In this document: positions 39,740 through 53,331 of the stretch, piece by piece | Layout of the letters: every line of letters starts with the position of its first letter | Position numbering within the stretch: the first letter of the stretch is position 1 | NCBI GenBank assembly: GCA_951406725.2 | Contig: OX597836.1 | Location: 1,922,001 to 1,986,000, forward strand | Direction of reading: 5' to 3' | Length of the DNA: 64,000 nt | Source of the DNA: Octopus vulgaris | Taxonomy: Eukaryota | Notes under the pieces: generated by a model | Seen by the model: the letters and a program-made list of their open reading frames with translations, nothing else | Told to the model about the DNA's origin: nothing | Database searches by the model: none | Position numbers and translations under genes: made by a program

Positions 39740-42700
39740 AGAAATTTTTATATTCCGAAATATTATATCAGACTATGGATGATTAAATTACAGCAGTTAT
39801 TATAAACTATTGTTGTTATTACAGTGCATTTTGGTGCCATTCCAAACACATTATTATTAATTATTATTATTGTTTGCAAACATTACACAATGCATCAAGC
39901 GAACTACAAAATTCTCATATATATACACACGCATATATATACCTATTTATATCTCTTACTCTTTCTCTCTCTTTTCCTACACACACACACGCACACACAC
40001 ACGCACACGTAGTTGAAGAGAGACAGACGAATCATAACAATTTCTGTCTTTCAGGTCAGACTTTGAGTTGATAAGCTGTAAGAGGGCAACCCCGGTCATT
40101 TCTTGATAGCAATGACTCGATGGCAAATTGTCCATCTTACCTGCTGGGTTATATTAGATATACAAAAGGGAAAAGCCAGGATTGCTAGGAGCATCTGTAG
40201 CGTCACATTTTCACGAACAGATCCCCTTTGGTACCTGTATGTAAAAAATATGTTTCCACGATAATTCCATTTAATAAATATCGGAAATATAGCTTAATGC
40301 AGTTAAACTCTAACGTCTTAGCAAAATAGAACATTTAAACGTATGTTGAACCTTTAAACGTTTTTCGTTATATATCTTATTAATTGTAAGTAACCTAAAG
40401 CTAAATGATAATAACGAACAACATACATTGTTTTGATGACAGTGAAATGACTGAAGCAGCTGCTAAGCCATGGAAACATATAAACAGTATTCATTGGCTT
40501 CGTAATGGCGAGTCTTGGAAATAATTGATTAGACTCGGTATGTGTCACAAGTTTAAAGCTTTACACTTATTGAGATAGAAGCTGCTAATATGCGACAAGT
40601 AAGAATGGATAAGAGCATAATAAATTAGTTATTCGCCTCTATATGTTTTCAGAATTATCCTGCTGTGCAGTAACTTCATATGGTGTCGTCTATAAAAACC
40701 TGATTTCGAATAATAAGCTTTCAGAATGAAAACTAATTGAGGGATGTATTTTGTAAGTCTGTTGGGTGGTTGACACAATTGGGTCACCGGCTTATTTTTA
40801 ATGTTTAAACTGGAAAAGACTAGATTACTCCATGACATTTTTTTTTCTTCAGAGATGTCTTCATGGATAAAATAAAGAGAAGTTACGCAGAGAAGAAAGA
40901 CCTGGTTCACAAAATTGTCCCAGAGAGAGACCTCCATTAAAAATATGCATAGGTAAGGTACTGATGTAAAATCGAGTACCAGATTAAATTTTTAAAACAG
41001 GAGAGCGAAAAGAGGCGGAACAATTTTTAAAATAGCTGCGTTGAAATGGTATTTATTTCACGAACACTGAAAAAATAAACAAAGTTAGCTACTACGAGAT
41101 TTGAACTCAAGGGTAAGCATCCGGATCATATACAGTATTGTTTTTCATATGCACTGATGACTTATTTCGATATTCATTTTAACACCGCCACAAGTTTTTC
41201 TTCGAGTAATGTTAGTGTTGTTAATTATTATGCAAATATTAATGCCAGGACAAGCCTCAGCAAATAATTCACCTACTTTCTTTCAGTTTCTTTATTAGCT
41301 ACAAGGGCCCAAACATAGAGGGAGACAAACAAGGACAGACAGGACACCACAGAGGGGACAATACATAGAACGAATATGATGAGATGGTCATACAATAATG
41401 GGGTTATGAATGGCTGCATGCGCCCCTCATCACATGCATTACCATTAATCTTTTTAAACTGTCCGTTTTTATCATGTGTTGACATACAATTAATTATCGT
41501 CAGCCATTACAGTTATTCGAACCGTTATATACGTTCTCTAAAATTGTTCTATTTTCCGATATTATTAAACATAACATAAAACACTTACTCTTTCTTTTGT
41601 TCCTCCTTTTTCTTTATTCTTTTCTTTTTTCCTGTCGCTTTGACATACTTATTTATTATTTAGTAACATTTCATTAGTGGTTCGATCTCTACGAAATCCA
41701 CTACTGGTGGCAATTCTTTGAATTCCACCCTTATTCCTGATGCGTCGATATTATCTCCACACATTTCTTGCTGTCTTTTATAACTTTCCTCTTCAATTAC
41801 TATCGCCTTCATCTCCTCTGCATATATGTATGCTGGTACCTTTACTCTTACTATTTGGTTGAACTTGAGTATTTTCTTCTCTGTTTCAATATTCTTCGGG
41901 TAGGTTACGTAATACCATCCACCTGATTTCTTTCGTTCCAGCAGTCACGAAATAAGAACGCATCATTATCAACTTTAAAACACTCTACAACTGAGATATT
42001 GAAATATCCATTTCAGACTACAAACCCCTATAGAATTATCTTGTGTCCCGAAAATTGTAAATAGTAACGACACATCGTTTCTTACTCCTGTCCCCAAGAT
42101 GAAGAAGGAACTTGCAAGGAGCGAGCCTCTAAGCGTACGTTCAAAAATTATCAAAAAGTTCTCTCAAACAAAACCCTATATTTTTTTAATGTACGAGAAA
42201 TATTTCACTTGTGAATTGCTAGATCGATCATATCTGAAATAAGGCGACGGCAGTCAAGTTTGAAATGATTTGGGGCATTGGTTTACTCGGTCAGAGTTTC
42301 AAGTATATGACGGGAAGGAAAAAAAAACATATTTAGTGTTTTCCTTTTTATTTTTTATTTTATCTAAACGAATACATGGGTCTGACTCAAACTTATTAGA
42401 TGAAAGTTACGCAGATTCGCAAATTAGAGGATATTGTGTTCTGTTGCATTTTCCTCAAAGTTCATCACTATTAGGTAAGGGCTCTAAAATAATTTGTGCG
42501 TCAAAAGAAAACAGATCGTGTAACATACTTCTAATATCGTAAAGAACAACAAAAATAATTTTTAAATGTTCATAGGCAATTTTTAGAAATATTCGAACAC
42601 TATTTGGACATTCTAAACTAATAAATATATTACGGAAGAATTCGGATATTTTTTATTTCTCTCGATAGCATGGAACGAAGAAATGTTTGCATCAACATTA

Positions 42701-43389
42701 AATTCAGAGCCGCAATATGGACATATTAACAGCCACTATGAATACAGAACGCACTCTGTTTTTACAAACAAATAGGTATGTACACAGGTACAGATGTATA
42801 ACTACCTAAATATATACATATGTATGTATGTAAAGTAAGACAGGCACAAATGTACATGTAATTAAATAAGAAATGATGCAATATCTTGATTTTTTTTCAG
42901 TCTCTGTGTAAGCTTGTGTGTATATGAATATTCATGTATGCGGATTTATGAATATAATTATAAATACATGTGTAGATAAGAATGTTTCTATCAACATTAT
43001 ACCTGTCTAGTTATCTATAGATCTCCCTCATTCCCTCCTTATTTCTCTCTCTTTCTCACTTTCTATATGGAGAGAGAAAGAGAAAAAGTGAACAAGGAGA
43101 AAAACAGAAAGGGTGAGTGAGTAGGGGAGAGAGTGAATGAAAAATGGAGAGACAGATATATATATATAATATATGTAAGTTTATAAAGTAAAACTAAATT
43201 GGATTAAATTTTCTAACATATACACGAATATTTCGAGGTTTATTAATAATTATATGACAGTGTTTACGTTATGGGGGTATTTTGGGTAAATGATTTTGGC
43301 TGCAGGGGTATACTCTAATGGGTGACTAATTAGCTGTAAAATTGAACAAAATGTTTTTCACTTGATAACCAATTGCGCAATATATGTAA

Positions 43390-43455
<66 letters not shown>

Positions 43456-43739
43456 GTATATATATATAAGTTTGCATACACACGCACCAATATGGAAATA
43501 TATGGTTCTATATTGGTGCTTATAACAAAAATATTTTCAAAACACTTTCGAAAGTTTACTACGCTGGATAAATCAATGGAAGTATTTTACAATACGTAGC
43601 TTTACTAATATCTTAATATCATTATTATTATTATTATTATTTCCGTTGAGTTTGAAATATATGCAAGAATTCTGTTTGAGTTCCCTAACATGCCATACGA
43701 TTTCAGTTCAGTTAGTAATTTGTCAACAAGCTAATGTGG

Positions 43740-43950
43740 CAACGCGAGGGAGCCGACAACATTCTTAACACCCGGTTAAAACGCTTGGTGGTGTTCAGTC
43801 CGCCTTTATTTCTTTAGAGTTCAAATTCCGCCGAATTTGAATTTCCTTTTCCTCCTTTCAATGTCGCTAAAATATAAACTAATTTGACTCTGGTCTCGAT
43901 GTGATTGACTTACCTCTTCCCGCGAAGATTTTAGCCTTGTTTCAAATCAA
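43740..43950 (+). mobile_element. Degenerate SINE family A
   Basis: gagttcaaattccgccgaatttgaatttccttttcctcctttc. Confidence 0.6.
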
Positions 43951-44040
43951 ATTTAAAATGACTATTTTAATGCGGAAGATTACTTCTATTTCTAAGAGGA
44001 GGTGAACGGACAAAATCATTAATCGATTGTGTATGTTTTT

Positions 44041-44277
44041 GTTTGTTCCTCCTGGAGCCATGTCTGGCTCATAAAAACCGGTTTCCCGGTTTCATTGGCG
44101 CATGGGTTCCCCATCTGGACGGGACGCCGGTCCGTCGCAAGGGAGCTGCTATATGCAGGGAGAAAGAGTGAAAGAAAGTTGTGGCGAAAGAGTCAGCTGG
44201 AGCCGTGTGGAGCATCGGTGTTTCACTCAGCACACACATCATCCGGTCTGAGATTCGAGTCCACTACTCTAACCATG
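44041..44277 (-). mobile_element. tRNA-derived SINE with V-domain-like body
   Basis: Minus strand: tggttagag...ctcgaatctc...gcgacggaccggcgtcccgtccag...gaaaccggg...atgagcc. Confidence 0.65.
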
Positions 44278-44317
44278 TTCGTCCAGTTTGTGTATAATCC
44301 CTGCAAAAACCCGTAAC

Positions 44318-44600
44318 AAAGTGGTTAGTGTGTTGCACTCGTGATCGCAAGATCGTAGATTCAAATTCCAGAATGGCGGTGCGATGTTTTCTTGAGAAAA
44401 GCATTTAGTTCCACTTTGTTCAAGTCCAATTAGGTGTAAATGTTTAACGCTGCAACGGAGTAGCAATCCATTCAAGGGATACGATGCCCTGCCTCCCTGC
44501 TTAGCCAGAGGACTGGCTTCTTTCGAAGGTAGGAACTATGTGATAAAGCACAATGTGACTTGTGGTGTGATTACAAAAAAACAACCGATAGTTTTATCGA
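44318..44600 (+). mobile_element. Degenerate tRNA-derived SINE, divergent from the preceding copy
   Basis: agtggttag (A box)...gattcaaattcc (B box)...gctgcaacggagtagcaatccattcaaggg. Confidence 0.55.
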
Positions 44601-45052
44601 TACAGTGTTATAATGCGTTCTTATTTCTTACGGCTCCCTACAAGTTGATGCCCACGAGGTCAAGGATAACGAATTTCCGCTTATCGAGAAGGGAAAGTAC
44701 TCAAACGTACACAAACAGACACAAACACATGTGTACACTTATACACACGCACACACACGCACACACACATTCAATCACTTGACTTTAGCGACAGATTAAA
44801 CGCTGATCGTTGTGTTCCTGTAATTTACCATTTACTGGCAGCAACCGTTCTTTCTTTTTGGCTGTTCTCCATGACTACATCGGCGCAATATCTGATGCAG
44901 TAGCGTTAGTTCAGAGGGAAATATAGCTGCTATTTCAGGCAGGTCGAGTGACTCTATAGGCGATTCCTTCATCTGGTCGATACACTGATAAATCTTCTAT
45001 TGTATGTAATATATCTGTCTTTCTATTTAAGCGTAGTTTATATGATATCGAC

Positions 45053-45095
<43 letters not shown>

Positions 45096-45622
45096 TTGAT
45101 GGTGGTGGTGGTAGTAGTAGTATAAGAAGAAGAAGAAGGGAGGAGACGAGGAGGAGGAGGAAGAAGAAGAGAAGTAGAATGAAGAGTACAAGTATGTGGA
45201 GTAAGTATAAATCATGTAGCGTTGTTATGTGAACTGTCTTTCAAGTCTAAGTTGGATTAAATAGATTTCAAAGAAGCACAAGCAGGAGAGATAAAACGCG
45301 ACACCTGCTCCAGATAAACGGCAACAACAAATGAATGGAGGAAGAAATTAGACAACAACAACAACAACAAAGCAATCAGCAAAATCCACAGTGGAAATTT
45401 TATGAAACACAGAAAAAGAGGACAGGGTGAGGAATAGGAAATTTTCAAAAGAGACGATTTAAAGAATGGTGGCATCTAAAATAAAGGGATTGAGAAGAAG
45501 GGACACCAAGTGGTAACTGCGGGTGTTTTATGACAGTTTTATAAAATTACTCACAATATAAAGACGAATAAAATAGAAATTGCTCGAAATTACATATATA
45601 CATACACATCTATATCTATCTA

Positions 45623-45692
<70 letters not shown>

Positions 45693-45717
45693 ATCTATCT
45701 GTATATATATATATATA

Positions 45718-46200
45718 TAACAAAGGGAAGTTGTAAGGTACCGCACGAGTAGAATTATATATGAAAGAAGGTTTGAAAATGCAGTTTTAAAATATGTTTA
45801 TTTACTTGACCGGTTTCACTTTTTTAGGAAAAGATTGTCAAAAGTAGCATGTAAAAGCTTTGTTGTGTTAGGTACTGGTTGTCACAAAATACTACAATAC
45901 ATATATGCGTTCTTTGTTAATAATAAGCACATGTTAAAAACAGTTTACATGGAAAAATCTTGGGAAAATATAGAAAAGTTCATTAAAATATTGGGCACAA
46001 AATGTTGCAATACTTATATACATTTTTTGATAATAATAATATGATGTTAAAAACAGTTTACAGAAAAATGTTTTTGAGAAATTATTAACAAGTTCATAAA
46101 ACCTATTAGGATTTCTTTAAAAATCATATTTGTTTGTCAGTATCTATATATATGTACACTGAAAATTATAAGTTCAAAAAGGTCATATTTTGGTAGTATA
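45718..46200 (-). mobile_element. PLE-type 3' fragment adjoining (TA)n
   Basis: HHR motif at 45803-45846 followed on the minus strand by an ~85-nt tail into a TA tract; right boundary approximate. Confidence 0.65.
45803..45846 (-). ncRNA. Minimal type-I hammerhead motif, U3-A8 variant
   Basis: tactt-TTGACAA-(t)ctttt cctaa aaaag(t)-GAAAC-cg-GTC-aagta; perfect 5-bp stem I; palindromic accggt. Confidence 0.7.
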
Positions 46201-46239
46201 TATATACACAGAAAGAGATATATTTAGTTTGTGTCCATA

Positions 46240-46870
46240 CCACAAACGGTATGGACCCCGGAAAATGTGGAACGCATCAGACAAGCTTTCATACGGAGTC
46301 TGGATCGCTCGTTTCGGAGGCGTTCCTCTGAACTTGGCATCGGTAATCGGCAATGGAAAATATGGTAAGCCGTATTCTGCATGAAAACCTGTAATTTCAT
46401 CAGTACATATTGGTCATTGGGCAACAGTTGAAACCATGGGATTATGAACAGTGGCTTCACGTCCCACGTCAGGTGGAAAGAATTTTTGAGGTAAACGGAA
46501 ATCTCATTTTGTTAATGAGTGGTTTGTCTATGTGTGATTATTTCTTGTGGGGAAACCTGAAGGCAACCTGAAGGCTGGACACCTGAATGCGCATAAACCC
46601 TGTATATCGGACGATCTGAAGGAAGCTATTCGCGCAGAAGCCATCCAAATCGACAGAGCATTCCTGGAGATATTGGAGACCAACTTCCAAGAACACCTTC
46701 AGAAATGCATCAATGAAAACCTGACACCACATGATTGATGTTCTGTTCCCCACTTTTGCCAAATGCTAATTCAATGCAAACACACTGATGTCAATAAAAT
46801 TTGTTTGCAACTAAAATTAATGATTTTTTCAATTCTTCAAAAACGTCTGTCCTCTCTGCTCCACCCTGTA
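46240..46870 (+). mobile_element. Internally deleted Tc1/mariner element (rosa/DD41D-like) with right TIR
   Basis: TPENVERIRQA...ELGI...RILHENL*FH...LLMS joined to GLSMCDYFLWGNLK...DDLKEAIR...NFQEHLQKCI; ends ccaccctg+ta (CAGGGTG-type TIR, TA target). Confidence 0.8.
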
Positions 46871-46883
46871 TATGCATATATAG

Positions 46884-46914
<31 letters not shown>

Positions 46915-47049
46915 TAAAAGCACATGCGCACACACAAAAGTTTGAATGTACATGAGTGCCTATGTACCTAGTTATACATCTCTAACTACGTATGAATATA
47001 TATATATATATATATATGTATATAAGTATATATATACATACACACAAAT

Positions 47050-47087
<38 letters not shown>

Positions 47088-47137
47088 GCATATATATATT
47101 ATATAATATAAGTATATCTTGTATATAACAAGGGAAG

Positions 47138-47188
<51 letters not shown>

Positions 47189-48097
47189 GTAACCACCGTG
47201 CTCAAGTAATTACTCATTTATCTAATGAACTTAAATGCTTACCTGCGTTCATTTGGTTTTTCTTACCTGTACTTTTTACTTCTCCATGTACTTTTATCCT
47301 CATGTTTCCTTACATTCTCCTACCATTTTTTAGTACCAATTCTTCTCTTCTCTTTCCCTTCTCTCTAATTTTACTCTTTCCTCTATTACATTCTACTTAT
47401 GTACAATATTTTTTTTCAATCTTTTTTTCTATCTTCATTGATTTGTATTATTTATGTTTTCTCTTTTTCTTCCAGTCCTCTGTTTTCTCTTTCGTTAATT
47501 CTATTTTATTTCTCTGTCCATTTCCCCTCCTTAAAAAAAAAAGAAATTAAATCATTTTAACTGCATTTGCCAATATCTTTTTTATCGGTTACTTTCGTTA
47601 TTTTTCTGACTTTTCTTAGTTTACCGTTTTATTTTGCTACCGTATTTTTCTGCACTCTCTCTGTTTCACTCTTTCACTTCCTCTCCTCATCTATCTTTCT
47701 GTGCCCATCTCTCTTCCCCCCCTATCCTCTCTCTTCCACTCACTCACTCACTCTCACTCTTTCCCTCCCTCTGCTCATCTTTATCTGTGTGACCATCACT
47801 CTTCTTCTCCCCCTACCTCTCGCTCTCTATCTCACTCTCGAATTTTCCTATCTTCCTAAATTCTGTCTCGGATTTCGTATCATTATTTTTTTATTTCTTT
47901 ACCGCTTTTTCCATTCAGTATCCTAATATTTTTATTCTATAAAATTTAAGTTTCCCTAAATTTTCTTATGTGTTCTCCCTTAATTTGTTTATAATTTTAG
48001 GGATTTTCTATCAAATCAGCCAAGGCTTATTAATGACTTCTCGAGTTAGATATCGGGTTAGAAATCTCATCCTTGCATGCATCTATGCAACAGTGCC

Positions 48098-48584
<487 letters not shown>

Positions 48585-48585
<1 letters not shown>

Positions 48586-48810
48586 GTTAATCCAAACAAG
48601 AAAACACAAAAAATCACAACAACGCGAGGACGTGGAACAAATATAGTATTATTGGACGCTCAGGAAAGAAGGAGGGTTTAACGTTTCGAGCGGAGCTCTT
48701 CGTCGGAAACATAGGAGATGGAAAGATCCAGAGAAGGGAAGACAGAGGGAAAAAAATTGCCAACGGTACACACGAGGTCACATTTTGAAAGACCGGAAAG
48801 AAAAAGGAAA
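48585..48810 (-). mobile_element. PLE-type 3' fragment in (TA)n
   Basis: HHR-like motif plus tail; the tail recurs in opposite orientation at 60641-60730. Confidence 0.7.
48676..48710 (-). ncRNA. Minimal hammerhead-like motif (no stem III loop)
   Basis: gttt-CCGACGA-a-gagc tcc gctc-GAAAC-GTT-aaac; perfect stems I and II; palindromic aacgtt; U4C core change. Confidence 0.6.
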
Positions 48811-49009
48811 TATATATATATATATCTGTCTCTCTGTCATTCTCTCTACCTACCTACCTACCTACCTACTTACCTACCTACCTCCTTAACTACGTATCTG
48901 TCGATTTATCAATCAGTCAATCAATCAATCAATCGGTCAATTTACCTATCAATCGTTTCATCTCTTCGTTTGCTTCGCACACACACACACACACACACAC
49001 ATTCTTTTA

Positions 49010-49400
49010 TTTATTTATTCTGTTATTTCTTTTAGTCATGTGACTGCGACCATGCTGGAGCACCGCCTCTAGTCGAGCAAATCGACCCCAACACTTATTC
49101 TTTGTAAGCCTAGTACTTATCCTATAGTTTTCTTTTGCTGAATCGCTAAGTTACATGGACGTAAATACACAAGCATCGGTTGTCAAACGATATCGAGAGA
49201 AACACAGAAACACAATCATATAAAAAAACACATATATACATACGACGGGCTTCTTTCAGTTTCCGTCTACCAAATTCAACCACAAGGCTTTAGTCGACGA
49301 GGCTATAGTAGACATTTGCAAAAGGTGCCACGCAGTGAGAGTGAACCCGGATCCATATGGTTGGTACGCAAGCAACTTACCACAAAGCCACTCCTATACG
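49010..49400 (-). mobile_element. Full-length SINE family B
   Basis: Head taggagtggctttgtggtaag...gggttcactc; tail aggcggtgctccagcatggtcgcagtcacatgact. Confidence 0.9.
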
Positions 49401-49755
49401 CATATATTCATAATCAAATGTGTGTGTGTGAATCTCTGTTGAGTCGCCGGAAGTGATAATTTACAGGCCTCAATACGAATGCAAAGTGCTCTTCAATCTA
49501 ACAGGTGGTCTCTCATTTTAGTGTCCAGAGTTACTCGTTTCCGATGATTTACTGCTAAACCGAGCAAGGTTTTTATTTCAATATCCATTGTCTAAATATG
49601 AAATGAAAGTTTGAAGCAAAACGCGTATCCTTCTGTTCTTTTGTTTGAAAACCCTTTGAGAACGACGCTTGCCAAGACGGCTCTTTCAAACTCAGGATTT
49701 CCATTTCATTTCCTGTTCTTATCTTACTATCAATAGAACAACGTAAATAAAGTCT

Positions 49756-50062
49756 GCGAGCTGGCAGAATCGTTAGCATGCCAGGCGAAATCTTTAGTGG
49801 TATTTCGTCTTTCGGGGTCGATAAATTAAGTACCAGTTACGCACTGGGGTCGATATAATCGACTTAATCCGTTTGTCTGTCCTTGTTTGTCCTCTCTGTT
49901 TTTAGCCCCTTGTGGGTAGTAAAGAAATCGGTATATCTCGAATCTGCCTTTCTTTCTTTGGGGAGTCAATAAAGAAATACCAGTTGAGTACTAGGGTTGA
50001 TGTAATCAGTTGTCTTCCTCTCCAGATAATCCATTCCTTGTGTCTATAGTAGATCGGATTAT
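49756..50062 (+). mobile_element. SINE family A with internal deletion, followed by a second diverged unit
   Basis: gcgagctggcagaatcgttagc...gtatttcgtc joined directly to tttcggggtcgataaattaagtaccag; second body after ~49930. Confidence 0.85.
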
Positions 50063-50099
50063 AACAACGTAAATATCCTCCTTGGTTATTGAATACATT

Positions 50100-50330
50100 T
50101 TCTAAAAGTATAGGCGAAACTATGCAAATATAGAAATCTTGAAATGGGACCAACTAGAGTGGAAGAACTGCAACTGGGCCCATCTCAATAATTGATGCTT
50201 TAGGGAGGATTAAAACAGATATAGCAAGAAGCAAAAGCTAACCTCATGACTTACTATAACAAGCTCACATAATCCACATACGCCGTAGCTTGTGTACAGT
50301 GCTAGGCACGGCACTTATGTTACCTTTAAT
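50100..50330 (+). mobile_element. Possible short R4/Dong-like endonuclease C-terminal relic
   Basis: KYRNLE, IDALGRIK and VLGTALML in expected order; (TAA)n lies downstream. Confidence 0.4.
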
Positions 50331-50545
50331 AGCTTCAATCGCAAATAATATATGAAAGCAAATCGAAAATTGCCGGCGACCAAGAAATAAAGAAAGCTGC
50401 GATCACTTGTACTGTGTCAAGTAATAAAAATAAAACTATTGCAGAATAAATATTACTATAATAATTAATAATAATTTTAATAGAGGCATGTCAAGTAATT
50501 GCTGACCTTCGCGGCAATTTAAGTCTAATAATTATAATAATAATG

Positions 50546-50602
<57 letters not shown>

Positions 50603-51420
50603 GTAATAGTTCTAATGATGATGATTATGATGGGCTGGTGGTGATGCTGGTAGTGGTGGATTTGGCAGTGACGATGGTGGTGGTAATATATTTATTTTCA
50701 GAGGAATCCCCTCACAAAGAAAATGGCTGTCGTCGCCATTATTTCATTTTGTATTATCACCTCACCTCTGACTTTTTATGTTAAAAGCAAACCGTTTGTT
50801 GATATCACTGACGTGAGATGGTCATAAACCATATTTTATATGGCAATAACTAGAATCGTTTTGCGAAAGTTGATCATTCATATTGGACAATTTATTGCAA
50901 AGACTTCGACGCTTTCTGAAGGAGAAGATATCTCATCAAGAGAAGTAGTACATCATTAGATAACGATACTGAAATTGAGGAAGCAGAATATATTTCAATG
51001 TGAAAATATCTCGATATCTGAGAATAAAGGAAAAAGACAGGGTTAAACAAGATATACTAGAATAAATGAGGAAAATATAAGAAAAGGATAAAGGGTATTA
51101 CGGGAGAAGTAGATCAGAGATGAAGACAAAGAAGGCTGTGTTAGAGCAATAAATTACGGGACATAAATATAGCAGCTGAAAGTCAGGAGCAAACTAGATT
51201 GCTTCTAATACTGTCTGCGTGATCAAGTTCTGTACGCGACTATAGAGTTCAAGGTTCAATTTCCACCTTACGGCCGTACGCCTCCAGGAATTTAGTCTTG
51301 TACATTACCAACAGCTTTTCACGATCCACCTCAACCACTCATACATAAACGCCCCCATATTAATTTCTCCACCACAGTCCTCGCTCATCATTCCAATAGT
51401 AATTTATTTTGAGGCATATA

Positions 51421-51653
51421 GATATCTTTACTACCCACAAGGGGCTAAACACAGAGGGGACAAACAAGGACAGAGAAACGGATTAAGTCGATTATATCGA
51501 CCACAATGCGCAACTGGTACTTAATTTATCGACCCCGAGAGGTTGAAAGGCTAAGTCGACCTCGGCGGAATTTGAACCCAGGACGTAGCGGCAGACGAAA
51601 TACGGCTACGCATTTCGCCCGGCGTGCTAACGATTCTACCAGCTCGCCGCCTT
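51421..51653 (-). mobile_element. Young monomeric SINE family A with target-site duplication
   Basis: TSD tttattttgaggcatata at 51403-51420 and 51652-51669. Confidence 0.93.
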
Positions 51654-51825
51654 TATTTTGAGGCATATATTCTACCTTACATCTGCTCACTGTAATCCAT
51701 TCCAAACACCGACCTATATAAGATCCAAGGATCGAAGTGTAGGAAGATAGTCAGCTTTCGGCAGTCTGTGGTAGGTATGAAAACGGCGTTCAAGAACAAG
51801 TATTTATATATTCAAGTTATCTACG

Positions 51826-51914
51826 GGTGGCCTGATGATTAGGTAGCTGTGGGTCCCTCGTTGAGTATCTCTTACATCAGGGGATCTGCAAATTAGGAAA
51901 CGTGTGTAGGGTGG
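51826..51914 (+). ncRNA. Hammerhead-like motif with extended stem II; stem I broken
   Basis: CTGATGA-ttag...tgtgggtccct/ggggatctgca...ttag-GAAAC-gtgt-GTA; ~40 nt upstream of a long TA tract. Confidence 0.5.
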
Positions 51915-51947
51915 ATTTTCCCTGCTCCACTCCCTGAATTTGGAATC

Positions 51948-52036
<89 letters not shown>

Positions 52037-52049
52037 CATATGTATATGT

Positions 52050-52260
52050 GTGTGTGTTTGTATATGTTTGTATGTCTGTGTTTACCCCCTCCTCCGCCCC
52101 CCCACATCGCTTGACAAACGATGCTGGTGTGTTTACGTCCCCTCGGAATAACAGACGGATAGAATAAGTACTTACAAATAAGACGGATTTGCTCGACTAA
52201 AACTAGTGCTCCAGCAAGGCCGCTATCAAATGACTGAAAGAATTAAAAGAATAAATGAAT
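52050..52260 (+). mobile_element. SINE family B, 3' half
   Basis: cgcttgacaaacgatgctggtgtgtttacgtccc...gtgctccagcaaggccgctatcaaatgactgaaa. Confidence 0.8.
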
Positions 52261-53027
52261 ATACCTCTATTTACACATACATACATACATCTGAGTGTGT
52301 TTTATGCGACAGAAGATTTTTATCCCAAAATAATACTCAACAACTAATATGAATTGCTGGGGGCTACGACCAACGTCTTACGTACATCAGAATAGAGACT
52401 GCATAGCGCCTAAACAAAGCAAATATGTAAATAAATATACACATATGTAATTTGTACTATAATTTTGCATCGGTGTATGCCTGAGAGTATTGTTGACAAT
52501 CTGTGTGTGTATGTGTGCTAATACACATATGCGTGTACTTTTCGCAGATGTCTGCGATTGTGTATGTATATATTTTCGCTACAGAACGAGGGATTACCAT
52601 TTTAAGAGAAGTGATTTCTGAAGCGTGAAATGATACGGCAATATCAAAGAGCATTCTTTCTAATATAAAGTCCGTTGTCGAATTTTAATTGTTAATACAG
52701 AATATACCGGGAAATGATTGCAAAAACAGCTCTGTCTACCCCATTGTTGTTTTAAGATGAACCAGGTGGCAACGTTTTATAAATAGGCAATAATATAAAC
52801 ATACACCCGATAATGCTTCTCTAAGTTACAGAGGGGATCCTATATCGTGAAGTGGCTCAGAATATAAATTACATATGATAAAAAGAAAAGAGAATTAGGT
52901 GAAACGCGTGGCGCGTTGTCTCATTTGTCTACCGATGAAAATTATTATGGTTTAGCAATTATAATGATGATGTTTCACTTGTGTTGCATGTGTGAATGTA
53001 ATATACTTATTTAATACATATTTCATG

Positions 53028-53060
<33 letters not shown>

Positions 53061-53232
53061 GTATGTATGTATGTTTGCATGCAAAATGTAAGTTATCTCA
53101 AACATATGAGAATAATAAATTTATAAATGACAAAAGTGCGCTAATTCGCGATACATATTTACATAGGTACATACACACATACGCGCACACACCTAATTCT
53201 ATTTAGATATATATATGCGCGTGTGTGTGAGC

Positions 53233-53331
<99 letters not shown>

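Noticed and set aside
43168-43391. 13-bp direct repeat (aatatatgtaagt) as a TSD around a ~200-nt insert
   Set aside because: Low-complexity sequence next to microsatellites, and the interior has no element hallmarks.
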